From assembly GCA_964016885.1 (NCBI GenBank), contig OZ024741.1, positions 414,966,001-415,030,000 on the forward strand: 64,000 nucleotides of DNA, given 5' to 3'. Made by a program: the position numbers and the translations under genes. Source of the DNA: Eledone cirrhosa (Eukaryota). The notes beneath the pieces were generated by a model. The model had not been told where the DNA came from. It worked only from the letters and a program-made list of their open reading frames with translations, and made no database searches. Positions 1-13,286 of the stretch are shown here, piece by piece. The number at the start of each line of letters is the position of its first letter. Position 1 is the stretch's first letter.

Positions 1-3000
1 CAGAATTCCCTCACTTCTTTCTGTTTAAACCAGCTGTATATGCCCAGAAGTTTCTCACCTCTTTCTGTTCAAACCAGCTGTATTTGCCCAGAATTCCCTT
101 ACTTCTTTCTGTCCAAACCAGCTGTATCTGCCCAGAATTCCCTCACCTCTTTCTGTTCAAACCAGCTGTATCTGCCCAGAATTCCCTCACTTCTTTCTGT
201 TCAAACCAGCTGTATCTGCCCAGAGTTCCCTCACCTCTTTCTGTTCAAACCAGCTGTATCTGCCCAGAATTCCCTCACTTCTTTCTGTTCAAACCAGCTC
301 TATGTGACAAGCATTCCCTCACTTCTTTCTGTTCAAACCAGCTGTATCTGACCAGAATTCTCTTACCTCTTTCTGTTCAAACCAGCTGTATCTGGCCAGA
401 ATTGCCTCACCTCTTTCTGTTTAAACCAGCTGTATCTGGCCTGAATTCTCTCACTTGTTTCTGTTCAAACCAGCTGTAACTGCCCAGAATTCTCTCACCT
501 GTTTACGTTCAAACCAGCTGTATCTGGTCAGTATTCTCTCACTTATTTCCGTTTAAACCAGCTGTATCTGGCCAGATTTCTCTCACTTCTTTTTATTCAA
601 ACCAGCTGTATATGACCAGAATTCTCTCACTTCTTTCTGTTCAAACCAGCTGTATCTGCCCAGAATTCCCTCACCTCTTTCTGTTCAAACCATCTGTATC
701 TGACCAGAATTCCCTCTCCTCTTTCTGTTTAAACCATCTGTATCTGCCCAGAATTCTGTCATTTCTTTCTGTTCAAACCAGCTGTATCTGCCCAGAATTC
801 CCTCACCTCTTTCTGTTTACACCTTCTGTATATGCCCAGAATTTTCTCACCTCTTTCTGTTCAAAGCAGCTGTATCTGACCAGAATTCCCTCACTTCTTT
901 CTGTTCAAACCAGCTGTATCTGCCCAGAATTCTCTCACCTGTTTCTGTTCAAATCAGATGTATCTGGTCAGAATTCCCTCACCGCTTTCTGTTCAAACCA
1001 GCTGTATCTGCCCAGAATTCCCTCACCTCTTTCTGTTTAAACCTTCTGTAAATGCCCAGAATTTTTACACCTCTTTCTGTTCAAACCAGCTGTATCTGCC
1101 CAGAATTCCCTCACTTCTTTCTGTTCAAACCAGCTCTATCTGCCCAGAATTCCCTCACCTCTTTCTGTTCAAACCAGCTGTATCTGCCCAGAATTCTCTC
1201 ACTCCTTTCTGTTCAAACCAGCCATATCTGCCCAGAATTCCCTCACCTCTTTCTGTTCAAACCAGCTGTATCTGCCCAGAATTCCCTCACCTCTTTCTGT
1301 TTAAACCAGCTGTATCTGTCCAGAATTCCCTCACTTCTTTCTGTTCAAACCAGCTGTATCTGCCCAGAATTCCCTCACCTCTTTCTGTTCAAACCAGCTC
1401 TATCTGCCCAGAATTCCCTCACCTCTTTCTGTTCAAACCAGCTGTATCTGCCCAGAATTCTCTCACTCCTTTCTGTTCAAACCAGCTCTATCTGCCCAGA
1501 ATTCCCTCACCTCTTTCTATTCAAACCAGCTGTATCTGCCCAGAATTCTCTCACTCCTTTCTGTTCAAACCAGCCATATCTGCCCAGAATTCCCTCACCT
1601 CTTTCTGTTCAAATCAGCTGTATCTGGTCAGAATTATCTCACTTCTTTCTGTTTAAACCAGCTGTATCTGGCCAGAATTCTCTCACTTCTTTCTGTTCAA
1701 ACCAGCTGTATCTGACCAGAATTCCCTCACCTCTTTCTGTTCAAACCAGCTGTATCTGCCCAGAATTCTCTCACCTATTTCTGTTCAAACCAGCTGTATC
1801 TGGTCAGAATCCTCTTACTTCTTTCTGTTAAACCAGCTGTATCTGGCCAGAATTCTCTCACTTCTTTCTGTTCAAACCAACTGTATCTGCCCAGAATTCC
1901 CTCACCTCAATCTGTTTAAACCAGCTGTATATGCCCAGAATTTTCTCACCTCTTTCTGTTCAAACCGGATGTATCTGCCCAGAATTCCCTCACCACTTTC
2001 TGTTCAAACCAGCTGTATCTGCCCAGAATTCCCTCACCCCTTTATGTTCAAACCAGCTGTATCTGACCCGAATTCTCTTATCTCTTTCTGTTCAAACTAG
2101 CTGTATCTGCCCAGAATTCCCTCAACTCTTTCTGTTTAAACCAGCTATATCTGGCCAGAATTCTCTCACTTGTTTCTGTTTAAACCAGCTGTATCTGACC
2201 AGAATTCTCTCACCTCTTTCTGTTCAAACCAGCTGTATCTGACCAGAATTCCTTCTCCTCTTTCTGTTTAAACCATCTGTATCTGCCCAGAATTCTCTCA
2301 CTTCTTTCTGTTCAAACCAGCTGTATCTGCCCAGAATTCCCTCACCGCTTTCTATTCAAAACAGCTGTATCTGCCCAGAATTCCCTCACTTCTTTCTGTT
2401 CAAACCAGCTGTATCTGCCCAGAATTCCCTCACCTCTTTCTGTTCAAACCAGCTGTATCTGCCCAGAATTCCCTCACCTCTTTCTGTTCAAATCATCTGT
2501 ATCTGCACAGAATTCTCTCACTTCTTTCTGTTCAAACCAGCCATATCTGCCCAGAATTCCCTCACCTCTTTCTGTTCAAACCAGATGTATCTGCCCAGAA
2601 TTCCCTCACCTCTTTCTGTTCAAACCAGCTGTATATGCCCAGAATTCCCTCACTTCTTTCTGTTCAAACCAGCTCTATCTGACCAGCATTCCCTCACCTC
2701 TTTCTGTTCAAACCAGCTGTATCTGCCCAGAATTCCCTCACCTCTTTCTGTTCAAACCAGCTGTATCTGACCAGAATTCTCTTACCTCTTTCTGTTCAAA
2801 CCAGCTGTATCTGCCCAGAATTCCCTCACCTCTTTCTGTTCAAACCAGCTGTATCTGACCAGAATTCTCTCACCTCTTTCTGTTTAAACCAGCTGTATCT
2901 GCCCAGAATTCTCTCACCTGTTTCTGTTTAAACCAGCTGTATCTGGCCAGAATTCTCTCACTTCTTTCTTTCAAACCAACTGTATCTGCCCAGAATTCCC

Positions 3001-5630
3001 TCACCTCTTTCTGCTCAAAATAGCTGTATCTGCCCAGAATTCCCTCACCTCAATCTGTTTCAACCAGCTGTATATGCCCAGAATTTCCTGACCTCTTTCT
3101 GTTCAAACCAGCTGTATCTGCCCAGAATTCCATCACTTCTTTCTGTTCAAACCAGCTGTATCTGCCCAGAATTCCCTCACCTCTCTCTGTTCAAACCAGC
3201 CGTATCTAACCAGAATTCTCTTATCTCTTTCTGTTCAAACCAGCTGTATCTGGCCAGAATTCCCTCACCTCTTTCTGTTTAAACCAGCTGTATCTGGCCA
3301 GAATTCTCTCACTTGTTTCTGTTCAAACCAGCTGTATCTGACCAGAATTCCCTCACCGCTTTCTGTTCAAACCAGCTGTATCTTCCCAGAATTCCCTCAC
3401 TTCTTTCTGTTTAAACCTTCTGTACATGCCCAGAATTTTCTCACCACTTTCTGTTCAAACCAGCTGTATCTGCCCAGAATTCCCTCACTTCTTTCTGTTC
3501 AAACCAGCTGTATCTGACCAGAATTCCCTCACCTCTTTCTGTTCAAACCAGCTGTATCTGACCAGAATTCTCTCACCTCATTCTGTTCAAACCAGCTGTA
3601 TCTGCCCAGAATTCCCTCACCTCTTTCTGTTCAAACTAGCTGTATCTGCCCAGAATTTTCTCACCTCTTTCTGTTCAAACCAGCTGTATCTGGCCAGAAT
3701 TCTCTCACTTCTTTCTGTTCAAACCAGCTGTATCTGACCAGAATTCTCTCACCTCTTTCTGTTTAAACCAGCTGTATCTGCCCAGAATTCCCTCACCTGT
3801 TTATGTTCAAACCAGCTTTATCTGGTCAGAATTCTCTCACTTCTTTCCGTTTAAACCAGCTGTGTCTGGCCAGATTTCTCTCACTTCTTTTTGTTCAAAC
3901 CAGCTGTATCTGACCAGAATTCCCTCACCTCTTTCTGTTCAAACCAGCTGTGTCTGGTCAGAATTCCCTCACCTCTTTCTGTTCAAACCAGCTGTATCTG
4001 CCCAGAATTCCCTCACCTCTTTCTGTTCAAACCAGCTGTATCTGACCAGAATTCCCTCACCTCTTTCTTTTCAAACCAGCTGTATCTGACCAGAATTCTC
4101 TCACCTCATTCTGTTCAAACCAGCTGTATCTGGCCAGAATTCTCTTACCTCTTTCTGTTCAAACCAGCTGTATATGCCCAGAATTCCCTCACCTCTTTCT
4201 GTTCAAACCAGCTGTATATGCCCAGAATTCCCTCACCTCTTTCTGTTCAAACCAGCTGTATATGCCCAGAATTCTCTCACCTGTTTCTGTTCAAACCAGC
4301 TGTATCTGCCCAGAATTCCCTCACCACTTTCTGTTCAAACCAGCTGTATCTGCCCAGAATTCTCTTACCTCTTTCTGTTCAAACCAGCTGTATCTGGCCA
4401 GAATTCTCTCACTTCTTTCTGTTCAAATCAGCTGTATCTGACCAGAATTCCCTCACCACTTTCTGTTCAATCCAGCTGTATCTGGTCAGAATTCCCTCAC
4501 CACTTTCTGTTCAAACCAGCTGTATATGCCCAGAATTCCCTCACCTCTTTCTGTTCAAACCAGCTGTATATGCCCAGAATTCTCTCACCTGTTTCTGTTC
4601 AAACCAGCTGTATCTGCCCAGAATTCCCTCACCACTTTCTGTTCAAACCAGCTGTATCTGCCCAGAATTCTCTTACCTCTTTCTGTTCAAGCCAGCTGTA
4701 TCTGGCCAGAATTCTCTCACTTCTTTCTGTTCAAATCAGCTGTATCTGACCAGAATTCCCTCACCACTTTCTGTTCAAACCAGCTGTATCTGGTCAGAAT
4801 TCTCTCACTTCTTTCTGTTTAAACCAGCTGTATCTGGCCAGAATTCCCCCACTTCTTTCTGTTCAAACCAGCTGTATCTGCCCAGAATTCCCTCACCTCT
4901 TTCTGTTCAAACCAGCCGTATCTGACCAGAATTCTCTCACCTATTTCTGTTCAAACCAGCCATATCTGCCCAGAATTCCCTCACCTCTTTCTGTTTAAAC
5001 CAGCTGTATCTGGCCAGAATTCTCTCACTTGTTTCTGTTCAAACCAGCTGTATCTGACCAGAATTCCCTCACTTCTTTCTGTTCAAACCAGCTGTATCTG
5101 CCCAGAATTCCCTCACCTCTTTCTGTTCAAATCAGCTGTATCTGCCCAGAATTCTCTCACCTCATTCTGTTCAAACCAGCTGTATCTGTCCAGAATTCCC
5201 TCACCTCTTTCTGTTCAAACCAGCCGTATCTGCCCAGAATTCCCTCACCTCTTTCTTTTCAAACCAGCTGTATCTGCCCAGAATTCCCTCACTTCTTTCT
5301 GTTCAAACCAGCTGTATCTGCCCAGAATTCCCTCACCTCTTTCTGTTCACAGCAGCTGTATCTGCCCAGAATTCCCTCACTTCTTTCTGTTCAAACCAGC
5401 TGTATCTGCCCAGAATTCTCTCACCTGTTTATGTTCAAACCAGCTGTATCTGGTCAGAATTCTCTCACTTCTTTCTGTTTAAACCAGCTGTATCTGGCCA
5501 GAATTCTCTCAATTTATTTCTGTTCAAACCAGCTGTATCTGACCAGAATTCCCTCACCTCTTTCTGTTCAAACCAGCTGTATCTGACCAGAATTCTCTCA
5601 CTTCTTTCTGTTCAAACCAGCTGTATCTGC

Positions 5631-8600
5631 CCAGAATTCCCTCACCTCTTTCTGTTCAAACCAGCTGTATCTGCCCAGAATTCCCCCACTTCTTTCTGTT
5701 CAAACCAGCTGTATCTGACCAGAATTCCCTCACCTCTTTCTGTTCAAACCAGCTGTATCTGACCAGAATTCTCTCACCTATTTCTGTTCAAACCAGCCAT
5801 ATCTGCCCAGAATTCCCCCACCTCTTTCTGTTCAAACCAGCTGTATCTGGCCAGAATTCCCTCACCTCTTTCTGTTGAAATCATCTGTATCTGCCCAGAA
5901 TTCTCTCACTTCTTTTTGTTCAAACCAGCCATATCTGCCCAGAATTCCCTCACCTCTTTCTGTTCAAACCAGCTGTATCTGCCCAGAATTCCCCCACTTC
6001 TTTCTGTTCAAACCAGCTGTATCTGACCAGAATTCTCTCACTTCATTCTGTTCAACCCAGCTGTATCTGACCAGAATTCTCTCACCTCTTTCTGTTCAAA
6101 CCAGCTGTATCTGCCCAGAATTCCCTCACTTCTTTCTGTTCAAACCAGCTGTATCTGCCCAGAAATCCCTCACCTCTTTCTGTTTAAACCAGCTATATCT
6201 GGCCAGAATTCCCTCACTTATTTCCGTTTAAACCAGCTGTATCTGGCCAGATTTCTCTCACTTCTTTTTATTCAAACCAGCTGTATATGACCAGAATTCT
6301 GTCATTTCTTTCTGTTCAAACCAGCTGTATCTGCCCAGAATTCCCTCACCTCTTTCTGTTTACACCTTCTGTATATGCCCAGAATTTTCTCACCTCTTTC
6401 TGTTCAAAGCAGCTGTATCTGACCAGAATTCCCTCACTTCTTTCTGTTCAAACCAGCTGTATCTGCCCAGAATTCCCTCACCTCTTTCTGTTCAAACCAG
6501 CTGTATCTGGCCAGAATTCCCTCACCTCTTTCTGTTCAAATCATCTGTATCTGCCCAGAATTCTCTCACTTCTTTCTGTTCAAACCAGCCATATCTGCCC
6601 AGAATTCCCTCACCTCTTTCTGTACAAACCAGCTGTATCTGACCAGAATTCTCTCACTTCATTCTGTTCAAACCAGCTGTATCTGACCAGAATTCTCTCA
6701 CCTCTTTCTGTTCAAACCAGCTGTATCTGCCCAGAATTCCCTCACTTCTTTCTGTTCAAACCAGCTGTATCTGCCCTGAAACCCCTCACCTCTTTCTGTT
6801 CAAACCAGCTGTATCTGCCCAGAATTCCCTCACCTCTTTCTGTTCAAACCAGCTGTATCTGACCAGAATTCCCTCACCTATTTCTGTTCAAACCAGCCAT
6901 ATCTGCCCAGAATTCCCTCACCTCTTTCTGTTCAAATCATTTGTATCTGCCCAGAATTCTCTCACTTCTTTCTGTTCAAACCAGCTGTATCTGCTCAGAA
7001 TTCCCTCACCTCTTTCTGTTCAAACCAGCTCTATCTGACCAGAATTCATTCTCCTCTTTTTGTTTAAACCATCTGTATCTGCCCAGAATTCTCTCACTTC
7101 TTTCTGTTCAAACCAGCTGTATCTGGTCAGAATTCTCTCACTTCTTTCCGTTTAAACCAGCTGTATCTGGCCAGATTTCTCTGACTTCTTTTTGTTCAAA
7201 CCAGCTGTATCTGACCAGAATTCCCTCACCTCTTTCTGTTCAAACCAGCTGTATCTGCCCAGAATTCCCTCACTTCTTTCTGTACAAATCAGCTGTATCT
7301 GACCAGCATTCCCTCACCTCTTTCTGTTCAAACCAGCTGTATCTGCCCAGAATTCCCTCACCTCTTTCTGTTCAAACCAGCTGTATCTGCCCAGAATTCC
7401 CTCACTTCTTTCTGTTCAAACCAGCTGTATCTGACCAGAATTCCCTCACCTCTTTCTGTTCAAACCAGCTGTATCTGCCCAGAATTCCCTCACTTCTTTC
7501 TGTTCAAACCATCTGTATCTGCCCAGAATTCTCTCACCTCTTTCTGTTCAAACCAGCTGTATCTGCCCAGAATTCCCTCACCACTTTCTGTTCAAACCAG
7601 CTGTATCTGCCCAGAATTCTCTCACCTGTTTATGTTCAAACCAGCTGTATCTGGTTAGAATTCTCTCACTTCTTTCTGTTTAAACCAGCTGTATCTGGCC
7701 AGAATTCTCTCACTTCTTTCTGTTCAAACCAGCTGTATCTGCCCAGAATTCCCTCACCTCCTTCTGTTCAAACCAGGTGTATCTGCCCAGAATTCCCTCA
7801 CCTCTTTCTGTTCAAACCAGCTGTATCTGACCAGAATTCTGTCTCCTCTACCTGTTCAAACCTTCTGTATATGCGCAGAATTCTCTCACCTCTTTCTGTT
7901 TAAACCATCGGTATCTGCCCAGAATTCTCTGACCTCTTTCTGTTCAAACCAGCTGTATCTGACCAGCATTCCCTCACCTCTTTCTGTTCAAACCAGCCGT
8001 AGCTGCCCGGAATTCCATCACCTCTTTCTGTTCAAACCTGCTGTATCTGGTCAGAATTCTCTCACTTCTTTCCGTTTAAACCAGCTGTATCTGGCCAGAT
8101 TTCTCTCACTTCTTTTTGTTCAAACCAGCTGTATCTGACCAGAATTCCCTCACCTCTTTCTGTTCAAACCAGCTGTATCTGCCCAGAATTCCCTCACTTC
8201 TTTCTGTTCAAATCAGCTGTATCTGCCCAGAATTTCCTCACCTCTTTCTGTTCAAACCAGCTGTATCTGCCCAGAATTCCCTCACCACTTTCTGTTCAAA
8301 CCAGCTGTATCTGACCAGAATTCTCTCACCTCTTTCTGTTTAAACCAGCTGCATCTGCCCAGAATTCTCTCACCTGTTTATGTTCAAACCAGCTGTATCT
8401 GGTTAGAATTCTCTCACTTCTTTCTGTTTAAACCAGCTGTATCTGGCCAGAATTCTCTCACTTCTTTCTGTTCAAACCAGCTGTATCTGCCCAGATTTCC
8501 CTCACCACTTTCTGTTCAAACCAGCTGTATCTAACCAGAATTCTCTCACCTCTTTCTGTTTAAACCAGCTGCATTTGCCCAGAATTCTCTCACCTGTTTA

Positions 8601-11600
8601 TGTTCAAACCAGCTGTATCTGGTTAGAATTCTCTCACTTCTTTCTGTTTAAACCAGCTGTATCTGGCCAGAATTCTCTCACTTCTTTCTGTTCAAACCAG
8701 CTGTATCTGCCCAGAATTCGCTCACCTCTTTCTGTTCAAACCAGCTGTATCTGACCAGAATTCCGTCTCCTCTTTCTGTTTAAACTTTCTGTATATGCGC
8801 AGAATTCTCTCACCTCTTTATGTTTAAACCAGCGGTATCTGCCCATAATTCTCTCACCTCTTTCTGTTCAAACCAGCTCTATCTGGTTAGAATTCTCTCA
8901 CTTCTTTCTGTTTAAACCAGCTGTATCTGGCCAGAATTCCCCCACTTCTTTCTGTTCAAACCAGCTGTATCTGCCCAGAATTCCCTCACCTCTTTCTGTT
9001 CAAACCAGCTGTATCTGACCAGAATTCTCTCACTTCTTTCTGTTCAAACCAGCCATATCTGCCCAGAATTCCCTCACCTCTTTCTGTTCAAACCAGCTGT
9101 ATCTGACCAGAATTCTCTCACTTCATTCTGTTCAAACCAGCTGTATCTGACCAGAATTCTCTCACTTCATTCTGTTCAAACCAGCTGTATCTGCCCAGAA
9201 TTCTCTCACTTCATTCTGTTCAAACCAGCTGTATCTGACCAGAATTCTCTCACCTCTTTCTGTTCAAACCAGCTGTATCTGCCCAGAATTCCCTCACTTC
9301 TTTCTGTTCAAACCAGCTGTATCTGCCCTGAAATCCCTCACCTCTTTCTGTTCAAACCAGCTGTATCTGCCCAGAATTCTCTCACCTCATTCTGTTCAAA
9401 CCAGCTGTATCTGTCCAGAATTCCCTCACCTCTTTCTGTTCAAACCAGCTGTATCTGACCAGAATTCCCTCACCTCTTTCTGTTCAAACCAGCTGTATCT
9501 GCCCAGAATTCCCCCACTTCTTTCTGTTCAAACCAGCTGTATCTGACCAGAATTCCCTCACCTCTTTCTGTTCAAACCAGCTGTATCTGACCAGAATTCT
9601 CTCACCTATTTCTGTTCAAACCAGCCATATCTGCCCAGAATTCCCCCACCTCTTTCTGTTCAAACCAGCTGTATCTGGCCAGAATTCCCTCACCTCTTTC
9701 TGTTGAAATCATCTGTATCTGCCCAGAATTCTCTCACTTCTTTTTGTTCAAACCAGCCATATCTGCCCAGAATTCCCTCACCTCTTTCTGTTCAAACCAG
9801 CTGTATCTGCCCAGAATTCCCCCACTTCTTTCTGTTCAAACCAGCTGTATCTGACCAGAATTCTCTCACTTCATTCTGTTCAACCCAGCTGTATCTGACC
9901 AGAATTCTCTCACCTCTTTCTGTTCAAACCAGCTGTATCTGCCCAGAATTCCCTCACTTCTTTCTGTTCAAACCAGCTGTATCTGCCCAGAAATCCCTCA
10001 CCTCTTTCTGTTTAAACCAGCTGTATCTGGCCAGAATTCCCTCACTTATTTCCGTTTAAACCAGCTGTATCTGGCCAGATTTCTCTCACTTCTTTTTATT
10101 CAAACCAGCTGTATATGACCAGAATTCTGTCATTTCTTTCTGTTCAAACCAGCTGTATCTGCCCAGAATTCCCTCACCTCTTTCTGTTTACACCTTCTGT
10201 ATATGCCCAGAATTTTCTCACCTCTTTCTGTTCAAAGCAGCTGTATCTGACCAGAATTCCCTCACTTCTTTCTGTTCAAACCAGCTGTATCTGCCCAGAA
10301 TTCCCTCACCTCTTTCTGTTCAAACCAGCTGTATCTGGCCAGAATTCCCTCACCTCTTTCTGTTCAAATCATCTGTATCTGCCCAGAATTCTCTCACTTC
10401 TTTCTGTTCAAACCAGCCATATCTGCCCAGAATTCCCTCACCTCTTTCTGTACAAACCAGCTGTATCTGACCAGAATTCTCTCACTTCATTCTGTTCAAA
10501 CCAGCTGTATCTGACCAGAATTCTCTCACCTCTTTCTGTTCAAACCAGCTGTATCTGCCCAGAATTCCCTCACTTCTTTCTGTTCAAACCAGCTGTATCT
10601 GCCCTGAAACCCCTCACCTCTTTCTGTTCAAACCAGCTGTATCTGCCCAGAATTCCCTCACCTCTTTCTGTTCAAACCAGCTGTATCTGACCAGAATTCC
10701 CTCACCTATTTCTGTTCAAACCAGCCATATCTGCCCAGAATTCCCTCACCTCTTTCTGTTCAAATCATTTGTATCTGCCCAGAATTCTCTCACTTCTTTC
10801 TGTTCAAACCAGCTGTATCTGCTCAGAATTCCCTCACCTCTTTCTGTTCAAACCAGCTCTATCTGACCAGAATTCATTCTCCTCTTTTTGTTTAAACCAT
10901 CTGTATCTGCCCAGAATTCTCTCACTTCTTTCTGTTCAAACCAGCTGTATCTGGTCAGAATTCTCTCACTTCTTTCCGTTTAAACCAGCTGTATCTGGCC
11001 AGATTTCTCTGACTTCTTTTTGTTCAAACCAGCTGTATCTGACCAGAATTCCCTCACCTCTTTCTGTTCAAACCAGCTGTATCTGCCCAGAATTCCCTCA
11101 CTTCTTTCTGTACAAATCAGCTGTATCTGACCAGCATTCCCTCACCTCTTTCTGTTCAAACCAGCTGTATCTGCCCAGAATTCCCTCACCTCTTTCTGTT
11201 CAAACCAGCTGTATCTGCCCAGAATTCCCTCACTTCTTTCTGTTCAAACCAGCTGTATCTGACCAGAATTCCCTCACCTCTTTCTGTTCAAACCAGCTGT
11301 ATCTGCCCAGAATTCCCTCACTTCTTTCTGTTCAAACCATCTGTATCTGCCCAGAATTCTCTCACCTCTTTCTGTTCAAACCAGCTGTATCTGCCCAGAA
11401 TTCCCTCACCACTTTCTGTTCAAACCAGCTGTATCTGCCCAGAATTCTCTCACCTGTTTATGTTCAAACCAGCTGTATCTGGTTAGAATTCTCTCACTTC
11501 TTTCTGTTTAAACCAGCTGTATCTGGCCAGAATTCTCTCACTTCTTTCTGTTCAAACCAGCTGTATCTGCCCAGAATTCCCTCACCTCCTTCTGTTCAAA

Positions 11601-13286
11601 CCAGGTGTATCTGCCCAGAATTCCCTCACCTCTTTCTGTTCAAACCAGCTGTATCTGACCAGAATTCTGTCTCCTCTACCTGTTCAAACCTTCTGTATAT
11701 GCGCAGAATTCTCTCACCTCTTTCTGTTTAAACCATCGGTATCTGCCCAGAATTCTCTGACCTCTTTCTGTTCAAACCAGCTGTATCTGACCAGCATTCC
11801 CTCACCTCTTTCTGTTCAAACCAGCCGTAGCTGCCCGGAATTCCATCACCTCTTTCTGTTCAAACCTGCTGTATCTGGTCAGAATTCTCTCACTTCTTTC
11901 CGTTTAAACCAGCTGTATCTGGCCAGATTTCTCTCACTTCTTTTTGTTCAAACCAGCTGTATCTGACCAGAATTCCCTCACCTCTTTCTGTTCAAACCAG
12001 CTGTATCTGCCCAGAATTCCCTCACTTCTTTCTGTTCAAATCAGCTGTATCTGCCCAGAATTTCCTCACCTCTTTCTGTTCAAACCAGCTGTATCTGCCC
12101 AGAATTCCCTCACCACTTTCTGTTCAAACCAGCTGTATCTGACCAGAATTCTCTCACCTCTTTCTGTTTAAACAAGCTGCATCTGCCCAGAATTCTCTCA
12201 CCTGTTTATGTTCAAACCAGCTGTATCTGGTTAGAATTCTCTCACTTCTTTCTGTTTAAACCAGCTGTATCTGGCCAGAATTCTCTCACTTCTTTCTGTT
12301 CAAACCAGCTGTATCTGCCCAGATTTCCCTCACCACTTTCTGTTCAAACCAGCTGTATCTAACCAGAATTCTCTCACCTCTTTCTGTTTAAACCAGCTGC
12401 ATTTGCCCAGAATTCTCTCACCTGTTTATGTTCAAACCAGCTGTATCTGGTTAGAATTCTCTCACTTCTTTCTGTTTAAACCAGCTGTATCTGGCCAGAA
12501 TTCTCTCACTTCTTTCTGTTCAAACCAGCTGTATCTGCCCAGAATTCGCTCACCTCTTTCTGTTCAAACCAGCTGTATCTGACCAGAATTCCGTCTCCTC
12601 TTTCTGTTTAAACTTTCTGTATATGCGCAGAATTCTCTCACCTCTTTATGTTTAAACCAGCGGTATCTGCCCATAATTCTCTCACCTCTTTCTGTTCAAA
12701 CCAGCTCTATCTGGTTAGAATTCTCTCACTTCTTTCTGTTTAAACCAGCTGTATCTGGCCAGAATTCCCCCACTTCTTTCTGTTCAAACCAGCTGTATCT
12801 GCCCAGAATTCCCTCACCTCTTTCTGTTCAAACCAGCTGTATCTGACCAGAATTCTCTCACTTCTTTCTGTTCAAACCAGCCATATCTGCCCAGAATTCC
12901 CTCACCTCTTTCTGTTCAAACCAGCTGTATCTGACCAGAATTCTCTCACTTCATTCTGTTCAAACCAGCTGTATCTGACCAGAATTCTCTCACTTCATTC
13001 TGTTCAAACCAGCTGTATCTGCCCAGAATTCTCTCACTTCATTCTGTTCAAACCAGCTGTATCTGACCAGAATTCTCTCACCTCTTTCTGTTCAAACCAG
13101 CTGTATCTGCCCAGAATTCCCTCACTTCTTTCTGTTCAAACCAGCTGTATCTGCCCTGAAATCCCTCACCTCTTTCTGTTCAAACCAGCTGTATCTGCCC
13201 AGAATTCTCTCACCTCATTCTGTTCAAACCAGCTGTATCTGTCCAGAATTCCCTCACCTCTTTCTGTTCAAACCAGCTGTATCTGT
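5631..13286. repeat. Tandem duplication of an 87-monomer block (period 3828 bp)
   Basis: Identical ORFs are offset by 3828 = 87x44 (5875/9703, 6287/10115, 6941/10769, 8116/11944). Rare variants are shared, e.g. GTCTCCTCTACCTG near 7841/11669 and GCCGTAGCTGCCCGG near 7997/11825. Confidence 0.95.
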
